Shown here one piece after another: positions 28,576 to 37,960 of a stretch of 64,000 bases of DNA; position 1 is the stretch's first letter, and every line of letters starts with the position of its first letter. The notes beneath the pieces are model-generated. The model was not told the DNA's origin. It searched no databases and saw only the letters and a program-made list of their open reading frames with translations. This stretch comes from Alphaproteobacteria bacterium (GTDB lineage: Bacteria; Pseudomonadota; Alphaproteobacteria; GCA-2731375): NCBI GenBank assembly GCA_965232515.1, contig CBDDPY010000002.1:6208001-6272000 (forward strand), written 5' to 3'. A program made the position numbers and the translations under genes.

Positions 28576-29657
28576 GCGGCGAATTCCTCGACCTCGACCC
28601 GATTCACGCCCGCCATCTGTGCCGTATCCAGCAACTCCTGCCAGGTCGTCGCGTCGATGGGAACGCCATCGGCGAGACGCTTGTCGCGCATCTTGCGTTC
28701 GGGGTCGCCGGGCACCATGACCGCCTCGACGCCGGGCGCCGGCGGCGAGGCCTTGACCCAGTCGGTGAAGGCGTTGAGGTCCTGGCCGAAAAAGTCGCTG
28801 GCGTTGAAGACGTCGGGGTCGAGGATGATCATCAGCATGTTGTTGATGATCGTTCCGCGCTCCAACCGCTCTGGCAGGAACGTGCCGCCACCGGTGACGC
28901 CGCCGGCCAGAATGTCGCAGATCAGCGCCAGGCCATAGCCCTTGTGCGCGCCGACCGACATCAGGGCGCCCGTCGGCTCGCCGTCGCCGCGGAACATGAC
29001 ACCCGGGTCGTTGGTCGGATTGCCTTTCTCGTCGATGAGCGAACCTGTCGGCACCTCGACGCCTTTATTGTGGGCGACCCGGACCTTGCCCATGGCGATG
29101 TTGCTGGTCGCCATGTCGAGGATCAGGCGCGGATGGTCCTTGGTGGCGGGAATGGCCGTGCAATAGGGATTGGTCGTATAGCGCGCGTCGGAACCGCCGA
29201 ACGGCGCGACGAGCGCATGATAGGACGTCGAGTTCACGTAGTGGATCGAGACGAAGCCGGCGTCTGCGCACATCTCGCCCCAGGCGCCGATGCGGCCGAT
29301 GTGGTGGCTGTTCCGCAGACCGACGACGGCGACGCCGTGATCGCGCGCCTTGGCGATGCCCATCTCCGTGGTCTCTTGCGCGATCACCTGGCCATAGCCG
29401 GCATTGCCGTCGACCAGCAGGAAGCAGCCCTTGTCGATCACGATTTCGGCGTGCTGGCCGACGTTCAACCGGCCTTCGACAACGGCGCTGATATAGGCCG
29501 GCATCATCCCGACGCCATGGCTGTCATGACCGGCGAGATTGGCTTCGACGAGGCGGTCCGCGACCATCTGCGCTTCGGCTTCCTCGCTGCCGGCGCGCAT
29601 ACAGATCAGCTTGGTCAATTCGGTAAGCTTGTCGGCCTGAACCACCACATCGGCCAT
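28572..29657 (-). CDS. Ldh_2 family (malate/L-lactate/hydroxycarboxylate, HcxB-like) dehydrogenase
   Basis: GHDSHG, HHIGRIG, TNP, DMATS, HKGYGL and PGDPE motifs; start at 29657 after GGAGG. Confidence 0.88.
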   Translation of the reverse strand: MADVVVQADKLTELTKLICMRAGSEEAEAQMVADRLVEANLAGHDSHGVGMMPAYISAVVEGRLNVGQHAEIVIDKGCFLLVDGNAGYGQVIAQETTEMGIAKARDHGVAVVGLRNSHHIGRIGAWGEMCADAGFVSIHYVNSTSYHALVAPFGGSDARYTTNPYCTAIPATKDHPRLILDMATSNIAMGKVRVAHNKGVEVPTGSLIDEKGNPTNDPGVMFRGDGEPTGALMSVGAHKGYGLALICDILAGGVTGGGTFLPERLERGTIINNMLMIILDPDVFNASDFFGQDLNAFTDWVKASPPAPGVEAVMVPGDPERKMRDKRLADGVPIDATTWQELLDTAQMAGVNRVEVEEFAA

Positions 29658-29787
29658 GTTGGCGTCCTCCTTTTTGTTGTCGCGGTTTCGTTGCCGCAAT
29701 GCGCTGCGGCGACTTGTCGCCGGTTCGCCGCGTCGCTTGCCGCGTTCGTGGGCTCGCTTATATCATGCCAATCGGAGGGATACGGCA

Positions 29788-30459
29788 ATGGCCAAGCAAC
29801 CGACTTCGACCCGGCGCAGAAAATCCGGTGGCGGCAAGACGGCGGCCGATCCGCGCCAGGCGGCGTTCGCGGCGGCCATGAAGCTGGCCGGTTTGCAGGG
29901 CTGGACCGACACCACGATGGCCGATATCGCCGACGAGGCCGGCATCGGCCTCGACGAGCTGCATCGGCATTTCAGCAGCAAGCCGGCGCTGCTCGCCGCA
30001 TTTGTCGAACATGTCGACGGTGTCGTTCTGGCCGGCACCGATCCCGACATCGGCGACGAGCCCGTGCGCGACAGATTGTTCGATATCTACATGCGTCGCT
30101 TCGATACGCTGACGCCCTACAAGGATGGATTGCGCGCCGTGGCGCGGGAGCTGCCACGCGATCCCGCGGTGTTCGCCTGCTTCCTGTCGGGCCCCTATCG
30201 GCGGTCGCTGGAATGGACGCTCGAGGCCGCGCGCATCGGCAACTGGGGACCGCTGCAGCCGTTGCAAATCAAGGGACTCGGACTGATCCAGGCAGCCGTC
30301 ACCCGCACCTGGCTGGGCGACGACAGCGAGGATCTGGGCAAGACCATGGCGGCGCTGGACAAGGCGCTGCGGCGCGCCGATTCGATCGTCGCGTCGTTCC
30401 CGTTCGGTGGCGGTCGCCGAAGCGGCGAGCAGGCCGAGGCGGGCGCCGAAAGCACCTGA
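29788..30459 (+). CDS. TetR/AcrR family transcriptional regulator
   Basis: TTMADIADEAGI...LHRHFSSK helix-turn-helix; RDRLFD..MRRFD; DLGKTMAALDK. Confidence 0.85.
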   Translation: MAKQPTSTRRRKSGGGKTAADPRQAAFAAAMKLAGLQGWTDTTMADIADEAGIGLDELHRHFSSKPALLAAFVEHVDGVVLAGTDPDIGDEPVRDRLFDIYMRRFDTLTPYKDGLRAVARELPRDPAVFACFLSGPYRRSLEWTLEAARIGNWGPLQPLQIKGLGLIQAAVTRTWLGDDSEDLGKTMAALDKALRRADSIVASFPFGGGRRSGEQAEAGAEST

Positions 30460-30518
30460 CGGCACGACCAGAATTTGCTTGACCCGTCGACGCCGACGGG
30501 CGATACGACCGGCCTGAT

Positions 30519-30546
30519 TTGTGCAGTGCAGCATTTGCGTTGCGGC
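30519..30546. promoter_or_regulatory. Putative PhaR/AniA operator upstream of the phasin gene
   Basis: TTGTGCAGTGCAGCATTTGCGTTGC, a cluster of TGC-N-GCA repeats typical of PhaR targets. Confidence 0.5.
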
Positions 30547-30620
30547 GACGCCGCATTGGCTTCGCGAGGCGTGACGCGGGGCTTCACCGAATTCAGATTT
30601 CCGATTGGAAAGGCACCACA

Positions 30621-31076
30621 ATGGCCAAGGACAATCCGTTCGCCGGATTTGACGTCACCAAAATGATGACGGATTTCAAGCTACCCGGCGTCGATATCGA
30701 GAGCATGTTGAGCGCGCATAAGAAAAACATTGAAGCCTGGCAAAAGGCCAACGAGCGCGCGGCCGAGAACTTCCAGGGCATCGTCGCGCGGCAGGCCGAC
30801 ATGGTGCGCGACACCATGGGCGAATTGGCCGAGACGCTGCAGCAGATCTCGGCGTCAACCAGCCCGGAGGACAGCGCCAAGCGCCAGACCGAAGTCATTA
30901 ACCGGGCGCTCGAAACCGCGCTGAGCAACCTGCGCGAAATCGCCGAGATGACGGCCGAGTCGAACCGAGAGGTCTTCGACGTGCTGAACGACCGCATCAT
31001 GGAAAGCATGGAAGAGGTCCGCGAGCTCGGCAACGAGGCCATGCGCAAGGCGGCCGGCGGAAACGACAAGAAGTAG
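30621..31076 (+). CDS. phaP: Phasin family protein
   Basis: FKLPGVD...KKNIEA...AN...RQ...SNREVFDVLNDRI.ES.EE; preceded by a GAAAGG RBS. Confidence 0.85.
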   Translation: MAKDNPFAGFDVTKMMTDFKLPGVDIESMLSAHKKNIEAWQKANERAAENFQGIVARQADMVRDTMGELAETLQQISASTSPEDSAKRQTEVINRALETALSNLREIAEMTAESNREVFDVLNDRIMESMEEVRELGNEAMRKAAGGNDKK

Positions 31077-31160
31077 CCGCGAAGACAGACGCCGGCCGGA
31101 TTGTCAGGATCGCGGCGGCGGTGTTAGCGTGCGCCGCTGCGAAACAGGCGGGGCCGGCTC

Positions 31161-31499
31161 ATGTCCGAGATCAGTTTTGACGACTTTCTGAAAGTCGACA
31201 TTCGCGTCGGCACGATTATCCGTGCCGACGATTTCCCGGAAGCGCGCCGGCCGGCCTACAAGCTGTGGGTCGACTTCGGGCCGGAGATCGGCGAGCGCAA
31301 GACCTCGGCGCAGATCACGAAGCACTACACGCCGGAGACGCTGGTCGGCCGGCAGGTCTGTGCCGTCGTCAACTTCCCGGCGAAGCAGATCGGCAAGTTC
31401 ATGTCCGAAGTGCTGGTGCTGGGCTTTCCCGATGACGACGGCGAGGTCGTCCTGATCGGTCCGAGTCTGCAGGTGCCGAATGGCGGCCGCATGTATTGA
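31161..31499 (+). CDS. csaA: CsaA/Trbp111 tRNA-binding protein
   Basis: [16 protein letters not shown]...SAQIT..Y...[18 protein letters not shown]. Confidence 0.9.
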   Translation: MSEISFDDFLKVDIRVGTIIRADDFPEARRPAYKLWVDFGPEIGERKTSAQITKHYTPETLVGRQVCAVVNFPAKQIGKFMSEVLVLGFPDDDGEVVLIGPSLQVPNGGRMY

Positions 31500-31621
31500 G
31501 TGCAAATCGTCCGCCGGCGGTGACATCTGCGTCGAAACGTCAACGTCGTGACATAGGTCAACGCTAAGCTCTCCAGAGCGGTGTTTTTTGTCGCCGCTAA
31601 CGCCAAATGGAGGGCATCGAC

Positions 31622-32053
31622 ATGGCGACTTCACGCAGTACAGCGTCAACAGCCAAGACGAACCAAGGCGGCGCGATCCAGGACAATCCAATGGTCGCGG
31701 TGGAGAACGGCATGAACGCGTTCGCCGGCGTCGGCGGGGCCTATTTCGGCGCCGTCATGAAGGCCAGTCAGACCATGATGAACGGCGTTGTCGAGTGGAA
31801 CCGCGAGATGGCGGACTTCGCCAGTCATCGTTTGCAGGCCGATGGCGAAACGGCGCAGGCCTTGATGCAGTGCAAGGACTGGTCGGCGGTGGCGGATATT
31901 CAGAAGGACTTCCTCGATCGCGCGGCGGCACAGTACAGCGAGGAAGCGACCAAGCTGACGAACCTGGCGACCCGGGTGATGCAGGATAGCATCGCACCAC
32001 TGCAGGACAGCCTTGTGTCGATTGGTAATGGGCCGCCTCGGCCGAACGCTTAG
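31622..32053 (+). CDS. Second phasin family protein
   Basis: E..DFASHRL....ET...LMQCK......IQ..F......Y.EE..KL pattern; GGAGGG RBS. Confidence 0.7.
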   Translation: MATSRSTASTAKTNQGGAIQDNPMVAVENGMNAFAGVGGAYFGAVMKASQTMMNGVVEWNREMADFASHRLQADGETAQALMQCKDWSAVADIQKDFLDRAAAQYSEEATKLTNLATRVMQDSIAPLQDSLVSIGNGPPRPNA

Positions 32054-32057
32054 GGCC

Positions 32058-33050
32058 TCACGACCTCCCCGGCTCGTCGACCAGTAGCACGACCTTGCCG
32101 GTCGAGCGGCGCTCGGCGATCGCCTGCATGGCCTCGGGCGCCTGACGGAGCGGGAAGCGCATTGAGACGTGCGGGCGCAGCTGGCCGTCGGCGAGCCAGT
32201 CGAGCAGCGTGGCCATATTGGTCCGGCTGGCGGCGGGATCGCGGTTGGCGAAGGTCTGGTAGGCGACGCCCACCAGGGCGACGCCCTTGAGCAGGGCGAG
32301 GTTGGCCGGCACACGAGCGATACGGCCGCCGGCGAAGCCGATGATCAACAGCCGGCCCTGCCAATTGATGCAGCGCATGGCGGCATCCGTCATGTCGCCG
32401 CCGACGGCGTCGAAGATCACATCGGCGCCGCGCCCGTCGGTCAGCGCCTTGACCTGATCGCGTAGCGGGCCCGCGGTGTAGTCGACGGTCTCATCGGCGC
32501 CGTACTCGCGGCAGAGCGCCAGCTTGTCGGCGCTGCCGGCAGCGGCGATAACCCGCGCGCCCAGCAGCTTGCCGATCTCGACCGCGTTCAGACCGACGCC
32601 GCCGGCGGCGCCGAGCACCAGCAGCGTCTCATCGGCGCGCAGCTCGCCGCGATCGATCAGCGCGTGATAGACCGTGCCGTAGGTCACGGGACAGGCAGCG
32701 GCGATGGCGAAATCGATCCCATCCGGCAGCTTGAACGCGGTCGCGGCGGGCGCCACTACCTGTTCGGCGAAACAACCGTTCCAGGGATGCGCCGCCACCC
32801 GATCGCCTGGCTTCAGATCGGTCACCCTGGCGCCGGTCTCAACGATCTCGCCGGCGCATTCCATGCCCGGCGAGAACGGAAACGGCGTCTTGAACTGGTA
32901 CTTGCCCTGCACCACCAGGATGTCGGGAAAATTGACGCCGGCCGCGCGCACGGCGATGCGCACGTCGTCGGGGCCGATCTCGGGCGCCGGCAGCTCGCCG
33001 TATTCGAGGCTGTCCGGCTCGCCATAGGCCCGGCAGATCATGGCTTTCAT
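32058..33050 (-). CDS. NADPH:quinone oxidoreductase (zeta-crystallin/MDR)
   Basis: GVNFPD, PGMECAG, GAAGGVG and GKVVL motifs; start MKAMIC at 33050. Confidence 0.9.
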   Translation of the reverse strand: MKAMICRAYGEPDSLEYGELPAPEIGPDDVRIAVRAAGVNFPDILVVQGKYQFKTPFPFSPGMECAGEIVETGARVTDLKPGDRVAAHPWNGCFAEQVVAPAATAFKLPDGIDFAIAAACPVTYGTVYHALIDRGELRADETLLVLGAAGGVGLNAVEIGKLLGARVIAAAGSADKLALCREYGADETVDYTAGPLRDQVKALTDGRGADVIFDAVGGDMTDAAMRCINWQGRLLIIGFAGGRIARVPANLALLKGVALVGVAYQTFANRDPAASRTNMATLLDWLADGQLRPHVSMRFPLRQAPEAMQAIAERRSTGKVVLLVDEPGRS

Positions 33051-33075
33051 GCACGCGCTCCCAACAACTCGGGGT

Positions 33076-33492
33076 TCAGGATTTCCCAAAAAACTCGATC
33101 TGATCCCAAGGCTCTATCCGCATGGCGGCAAGCCGGGTTCGCAGATCGCCGACATGGATTTCGAGCTTGTGGCCGTCCGGATCGCAGAAATAGAAGGAGT
33201 CGCCCTCCGACCGGTTCTCCGACCAAGTCTCGCACCTTTCGTGCCGCAGGGCCGCGACCAGCTTGTCGAAGTCCTGTCGGTCGCAGGAGAAGGCGACATG
33301 AGAATAGTCGGGCCGATGCATCGCCGAGGCGCCGTCGTCGACGACGAGCGCCAGCCAGGTTCCGCCGGCCGTCAGATAGGCGCCGGTCGACCAGCGGGCC
33401 ACGGGATCGCAGCCCAGAACGCGCACGTAGAAGTCAAAGGAGCGGTCAAGGTCGGCGACAGCGAAAGTCAGATGATTGATGCCGATGGCCAT
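33076..33492 (-). CDS. FosA-like fosfomycin-inactivating glutathione transferase (VOC)
   Basis: GINHLT, RW..GAYL..G..WL, DYSHVAF and ENRSEGDSFYFCDPDGHKLEIHVGDLRTRL follow the FosA signature. Confidence 0.82.
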   Translation of the reverse strand: MAIGINHLTFAVADLDRSFDFYVRVLGCDPVARWSTGAYLTAGGTWLALVVDDGASAMHRPDYSHVAFSCDRQDFDKLVAALRHERCETWSENRSEGDSFYFCDPDGHKLEIHVGDLRTRLAAMRIEPWDQIEFFGKS

Positions 33493-33515
33493 GACTGCCG
33501 CGCCCGCCGTGTCGC

Positions 33516-34823
33516 CTAGACCGGCAACCGCACCAGTGCCCGCAGTCCGCCGTCGGGCGAGGTGTCGAGCGTGACATCGCCGCCGTGGCTGCGGATGGTA
33601 TCGCGCGCGATGGCGAGACCCAGACCGATACCGCCGGTCTCGCGGTTGCGCGAGTCCTCGAGGCGGTAGAAGGGTCGGAACACGGCGCCGCGCTCGGCCG
33701 GCGGAATTCCGGGGCCGTCGTCGTCGACAGTGATCAGAATGGAGTCCGACAATCGCCGCGCCGTGACCCGCGTGCGCTGGGCATAGCGGCGGGCATTATC
33801 GACGAGATTGTTGACGCAGCGCTTCAGCGCCTGCCGTTTCACGGCCATGACCATGTCGCCGTCCGTGTCCAGCTCGACCGTGGCGCCGTTGCGCCGCGCC
33901 CGTTCGGCGATCTCGTTCAGCAGCGCGCCGACATCCGTGTCGACGGCGCTCTCGCCATCGGCGCCGCGGGCGAACGACAGGTAGCCGTCGACCATGCGCT
34001 CCATCTCTTCGACGTCGGCCTTCATGTCGGCGGCCTCGGGCCGGTCGCCAAGCATCTCCAGCGCCAGCTTCATGCGCGTGAGCGGCGTCCGCAGGTCATG
34101 ACTGACACCGGCCAGCATCTCCGTGCGCTGCCGGATCTGACGTTGGATGCGTTCGGCCATCTTGATGAAAGCAGCGGATGCCTGACGGACTTCGGCCGCG
34201 CCGGCGGGCTTGAAGTCATTAACCTCCTGGCCCTTGCCGAAACGGTCCGCCGCGTCTGCCAGGCGGTCGATTGGTCGGATCTGGTTGCGCAGGAACAGAA
34301 TGGCGATGGTCAGCAACAGCAGGGAGGTGCCGACCATCCAGAAGAAAAAGATGTGCGCCGTGCTGGTGGTAAAGCGATTCTGCGGCACCAGCACGACCAG
34401 AAGGCCATCGTCGACCTCGACGCGCAGACGGTAAGCCTCGAATTCCGGATGCGGCTCGACCACGAAGGGCTGCCTGATGCCGATCTCGAGGGTTCGGAAC
34501 AGCACCTTTTCCAACGGTGTCGCCGCCACCGACTCGACGTCGGTCGGCAACTTGGCGTCTGCAACGAGCGCGACGTTCATGTTCATGTAGCGGCGTGCGC
34601 TGTCGAGGAATTTGTCGCGCGCCTCGGCCCCCGGAAATTGCGCCATCGATGAAATCAGGAAACTGATATCGCCGGCGACGGCGCGGGACATGCGGCGCGC
34701 GACGGTTTCGAGATGACGGTCGTAGAAGACGATGGCGGAAACGACCTGCAGCAGGACGACCGGCGTAACGATAATGATCAGCGAGCGTCCGAACAGCGAG
34801 CTCGGCATCAGGTTTTTCAGCAT
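33516..34823 (-). CDS. EnvZ/RisS-like sensor histidine kinase
   Basis: Two TM segments, HAMP, VSHDLRTPLTR H-box, DDDGPG and GLGL; start at 34823. Confidence 0.93.
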   Translation of the reverse strand: MLKNLMPSSLFGRSLIIIVTPVVLLQVVSAIVFYDRHLETVARRMSRAVAGDISFLISSMAQFPGAEARDKFLDSARRYMNMNVALVADAKLPTDVESVAATPLEKVLFRTLEIGIRQPFVVEPHPEFEAYRLRVEVDDGLLVVLVPQNRFTTSTAHIFFFWMVGTSLLLLTIAILFLRNQIRPIDRLADAADRFGKGQEVNDFKPAGAAEVRQASAAFIKMAERIQRQIRQRTEMLAGVSHDLRTPLTRMKLALEMLGDRPEAADMKADVEEMERMVDGYLSFARGADGESAVDTDVGALLNEIAERARRNGATVELDTDGDMVMAVKRQALKRCVNNLVDNARRYAQRTRVTARRLSDSILITVDDDGPGIPPAERGAVFRPFYRLEDSRNRETGGIGLGLAIARDTIRSHGGDVTLDTSPDGGLRALVRLPV

Positions 34824-34852
34824 GATCTCAAATCGTTGTCCAGAAAGAGCGT

Positions 34853-35530
34853 CTAGTCGGGCCAAAGCACATAGCCTTGTCCCCAGACGGTTTGCAGATA
34901 GCGTGGCGCTTTCGGATCGGGTTCGATCTTGCGGCGCAGGCGCGTGATCTGAACATCGACCGCGCGACTGGTCGCGTCGCCCGATTGGGTCATCAGTTCG
35001 CTGCGACTGATGGTGTTGCCGGGATTGCGCGCGAAGGTGCGCAGCAGTTCGGCCTCGCTGGAGGTCAGCCGCACCATCTTGTTCTTGCGCCGCAACTCGC
35101 CGCGTTCGATGTCGAAATCGCAATCGCCGAGCTTGACCCGGGCCGGCGTTTCGCGGCGGTCGCGGCCGCGGCGCAGGATCGCCTCGATGCGCAGCACCAG
35201 TTCGCGCGGCTCGAACGGCTTGGCGAGGTAGTCGTCGGCGCCGGTCTCGAGGCCGGCAATGCGGTCCGCGGTCTCGCTCATCGCCGTCAGCAGCAGGATC
35301 GGAATGTCGCTGGTCGCGCGCAATCGGCGCGCCAGGTCCAGACCGCTCTCGCCCGGCATCATCACGTCGATCACCAGAAGGTCGAAGGTGAGGCCGGACA
35401 TGCGCGCCCAGGCATCCGCGGCATCCGCCGCCGTGCTGACCCGGAACCCGCACTTGGTCAGATACCGGCGCAGCAGATCCCGCAGACGGCTGTCATCGTC
35501 GACGACGAGAATGTGACTGCTGTCAATCAT
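34853..35530 (-). CDS. OmpR-family response regulator (PetR-like)
   Basis: VVDDD, DVMMPG, GADDYLAKPF and DVQITRLRRKIE motifs. Confidence 0.93.
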   Translation of the reverse strand: MIDSSHILVVDDDSRLRDLLRRYLTKCGFRVSTAADAADAWARMSGLTFDLLVIDVMMPGESGLDLARRLRATSDIPILLLTAMSETADRIAGLETGADDYLAKPFEPRELVLRIEAILRRGRDRRETPARVKLGDCDFDIERGELRRKNKMVRLTSSEAELLRTFARNPGNTISRSELMTQSGDATSRAVDVQITRLRRKIEPDPKAPRYLQTVWGQGYVLWPD

Positions 35531-35569
35531 GTTCCAGGCGCAGGGTTTAACGCGCGCCGGGCATCGTCG

Positions 35570-36073
35570 CTAGGGTTTTTCGATCGAGTCGAGGATGGTT
35601 TCTCGCTCCGCCTCGTTGATCAGCCCTGCCAGCACCTTGCGATAGGCCGCGACTGCTTCGGCGCCGGCCTCGCGGTAGGCCCGCGCGACGCGCGCGCGTT
35701 GCGGCTTCGACAGTTTCTGCTCGAGATCGATACCCTTGTCGGTGAGGTAGAGCAGACGCTGCCGCCGGTCGCGCACGCCTTTCTCCTGCCGCACGAATCC
35801 CTGCTCGACAAGCTGGCTGAGCACCCGGCTCAGGCTCTGCTTGGTAATGCGCAGAATGCCGAGTAGCTGTGCGACCGAGATGCCCGGGTTGCGGCCGACA
35901 AAATGCACGACGCGATGATGTGCGCGGCCGAAATTGTATTCCTTCAGGATGGTGTCGGGATCGCTGGTGAAGTCCCGGTAGGCATAGAACAGCAGTTCGA
36001 TGCCTTTGCGCAGTTCCTCGTCGCGCAGAAAGAGCGGGTTCGGTCCGGCCGACAGGTCCGACATGGCGGCCAT
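35570..36073 (-). CDS. MarR-family regulator (PetP-like)
   Basis: IELLFYAYRDFT, GRAHHR, ITKQSL and DRRQRLLYLT motifs. Confidence 0.9.
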   Translation of the reverse strand: MAAMSDLSAGPNPLFLRDEELRKGIELLFYAYRDFTSDPDTILKEYNFGRAHHRVVHFVGRNPGISVAQLLGILRITKQSLSRVLSQLVEQGFVRQEKGVRDRRQRLLYLTDKGIDLEQKLSKPQRARVARAYREAGAEAVAAYRKVLAGLINEAERETILDSIEKP

Positions 36074-36087
36074 GCTACACCGAGTGC

Positions 36088-36151
36088 GTCAGCTTTGCTG
36101 TCATATTTTTGGGTCAGTAGTGTTGACATATTTTCGACGGAATGTTACGTA
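36088..36151. promoter_or_regulatory. Two GTCAG-N5-(C/T)TG(A/T)C operators overlapping a sigma70-like promoter between marR and ilvE
   Basis: GTCAGCTTTGCTGTC (36088) and GTCAGTAGTGTTGAC (36113), each followed by ATATTTT. TTGACA-17 bp-TACGTA points toward ilvE. Confidence 0.55.
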
Positions 36152-36194
36152 AGGATCAGTTTCCGCGACACAAAAGAACCAGGGAAGCGCGATC

Positions 36195-37079
36195 ATGGCA
36201 ATAATCCCTTACGACGAGCTTGAGGGCTCGATCTGGTACAACGGCGCATTGACGCCGTGGAAGGACACCAAGGTCCATGTCCTGACGCACGGGCTGCACT
36301 ACGCCAGCTGCGTGTTCGAAGGCCAGCGGGTCTATGACGGTCAGATCTTCAAGCTGGAAGAGCATACCGATCGCCTGATCAATTCGGCCAGGATCCTCGA
36401 TTTCGAGATTCCGTACACGGCCGAGCAGATCAATCAAGCCAATCGCGAAGTCGTGGCAGCGAACCGCATCGTCGACGGCTACGTGCGACCGGTGGCCTGG
36501 CGCGGCTCGGAAATGATGGGCGTGTCGGCGCAGGCCAATACCATTCACCTCGCCATCGCCGCCTGGCAGTGGCCGTCCTACTTCTCGCCGGAAGCCCGGC
36601 TGAAGGGTATCCGCATGACGATTTCGCCCTGGCGGCGGCCGGCGCCCGATACGGCGCCGGTGCATTCCAAGGCGGCCGGCCTCTACATGATCTGCACCAT
36701 GTCGAAGCACGCGGCCGAGGCCAAGGGTTACGAGGACGCGCTGATGCTGGATTGGCGTGGCCAGGTCGCGGAAGCCACGGGCGCCAATATCTTCCTGGCG
36801 ATCGACGGCGTGCTGCACACGCCGACGCCGGACTGCTTCCTGGACGGCATCACCCGCCGCACGGTGATCGACATGGCCCGCGCCCGCGGTATCGAGGTGG
36901 TCGAGCGGACGATCATGCCGGAGGAGCTGACCAAGGCCGACGAGGTCTTCCTGACCGGCACGGCGGCCGAGGTGACGCCGGTGTCGGAGATCGACGACTA
37001 TCGTTTCACGGTGGGACCGATCGCGCGGCAGATGATCGAGGATTACGACGCGGCGGTGCGCCTGCGCAAGGCGGCGTAA
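36195..37079 (+). CDS. ilvE: Branched-chain amino acid aminotransferase
   Basis: HGLHYASCVFEG, YVRP, KAAGLY, LDGITR and GTAAEVTP motifs. Confidence 0.95.
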   Translation: MAIIPYDELEGSIWYNGALTPWKDTKVHVLTHGLHYASCVFEGQRVYDGQIFKLEEHTDRLINSARILDFEIPYTAEQINQANREVVAANRIVDGYVRPVAWRGSEMMGVSAQANTIHLAIAAWQWPSYFSPEARLKGIRMTISPWRRPAPDTAPVHSKAAGLYMICTMSKHAAEAKGYEDALMLDWRGQVAEATGANIFLAIDGVLHTPTPDCFLDGITRRTVIDMARARGIEVVERTIMPEELTKADEVFLTGTAAEVTPVSEIDDYRFTVGPIARQMIEDYDAAVRLRKAA

Positions 37080-37104
37080 GCACCTCGGTCACCAAGAACA
37101 ATAG

Positions 37105-37144
37105 ACGGCGTGGCCATGGAGAATTGGCCGCGCCGTTCTTTTTT
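37105..37144 (+). terminator. Rho-independent terminator after ilvE
   Basis: ACGGCGTGGCCA...TGGCCGCGCCGT stem followed by TCTTTTTT. Confidence 0.7.
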
Positions 37145-37164
37145 GCCGGTGCGCCGGCACGTGC

Positions 37165-37941
37165 TCAAAACTTGTTGTAGCCGCCGTCGATCAGGAAGGT
37201 ATCGCCGGAGTGGTAGGCGCTGGCGTCCGACATGAGGTAGACGGCAATGCCGCCGAAATCATCGGGTTGGCCCCAGCGGCGGGCCGGGATCCGCGGAATG
37301 ACGGCATCGGAGAATTTCTGCCAGTTGACCAGGCGTTCGGTCATGGCGGTCTCGATCCAGCCGGGCAGGATGACGTTCGCGGTGACGCGGTAGCGGGCCA
37401 TTTCGACGGCGAGCGCATAGATCATTGAGACCATGCCGCCCTTGGTGGCGGCATAGTGCTGGCCGCGCGCCTGACCCGACAGCGCGGCGAGGCTGGCGGT
37501 GCCGACCAGGCGGCCGCCATCGCCACGCTCGGCCATGTGCCGGCAGGCCGCGCGCAGGGTGAAGAAGGCGCCGTCCAGATTGACGCCGGTCACGCGCCGC
37601 CATTCATCCGTCGTCATCTCCATGAACGACGGCGCGTTGCCGCCGCCGCTGACGCCGGCATTGGCGAAGCAGCCGTCGACCCGGCCGAACTGCGACAGGG
37701 TGTCGGAAAACGCGTGCTCGACGGCGGCCTCGTCGGCGACATTGCATTGGATGGCCGCGACCTTGCCGCCGTGCCCCTCCAGTTTGGCAAGCGCGGCGGC
37801 GTTGTTTTCGGCGCTGCTGCCCCAGATGCACACGTCGCCACCGGCGCGCGCGATGGCCTCGGCCATGCCGAGCCCGATGCCGCGATTGCCGCCGGTGATC
37901 AATGCCACCTTGCCACTCAGATCGAAGGGGTTGTCGGCCAT
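37165..37941 (-). CDS. SDR family oxidoreductase
   Basis: TGGNRGIG, ANAG, YAATK and IDGGY motifs. Confidence 0.9.
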   Translation of the reverse strand: MADNPFDLSGKVALITGGNRGIGLGMAEAIARAGGDVCIWGSSAENNAAALAKLEGHGGKVAAIQCNVADEAAVEHAFSDTLSQFGRVDGCFANAGVSGGGNAPSFMEMTTDEWRRVTGVNLDGAFFTLRAACRHMAERGDGGRLVGTASLAALSGQARGQHYAATKGGMVSMIYALAVEMARYRVTANVILPGWIETAMTERLVNWQKFSDAVIPRIPARRWGQPDDFGGIAVYLMSDASAYHSGDTFLIDGGYNKF

Positions 37942-37960
37942 ATCGGTGTTTTTCTCCCGT

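Noticed and set aside
33516-35453. 645-aa ORF suggesting a long or hybrid kinase
   Set aside because: The N-terminal 209 aa are an off-frame shadow of the response regulator gene; the kinase starts at 34823.
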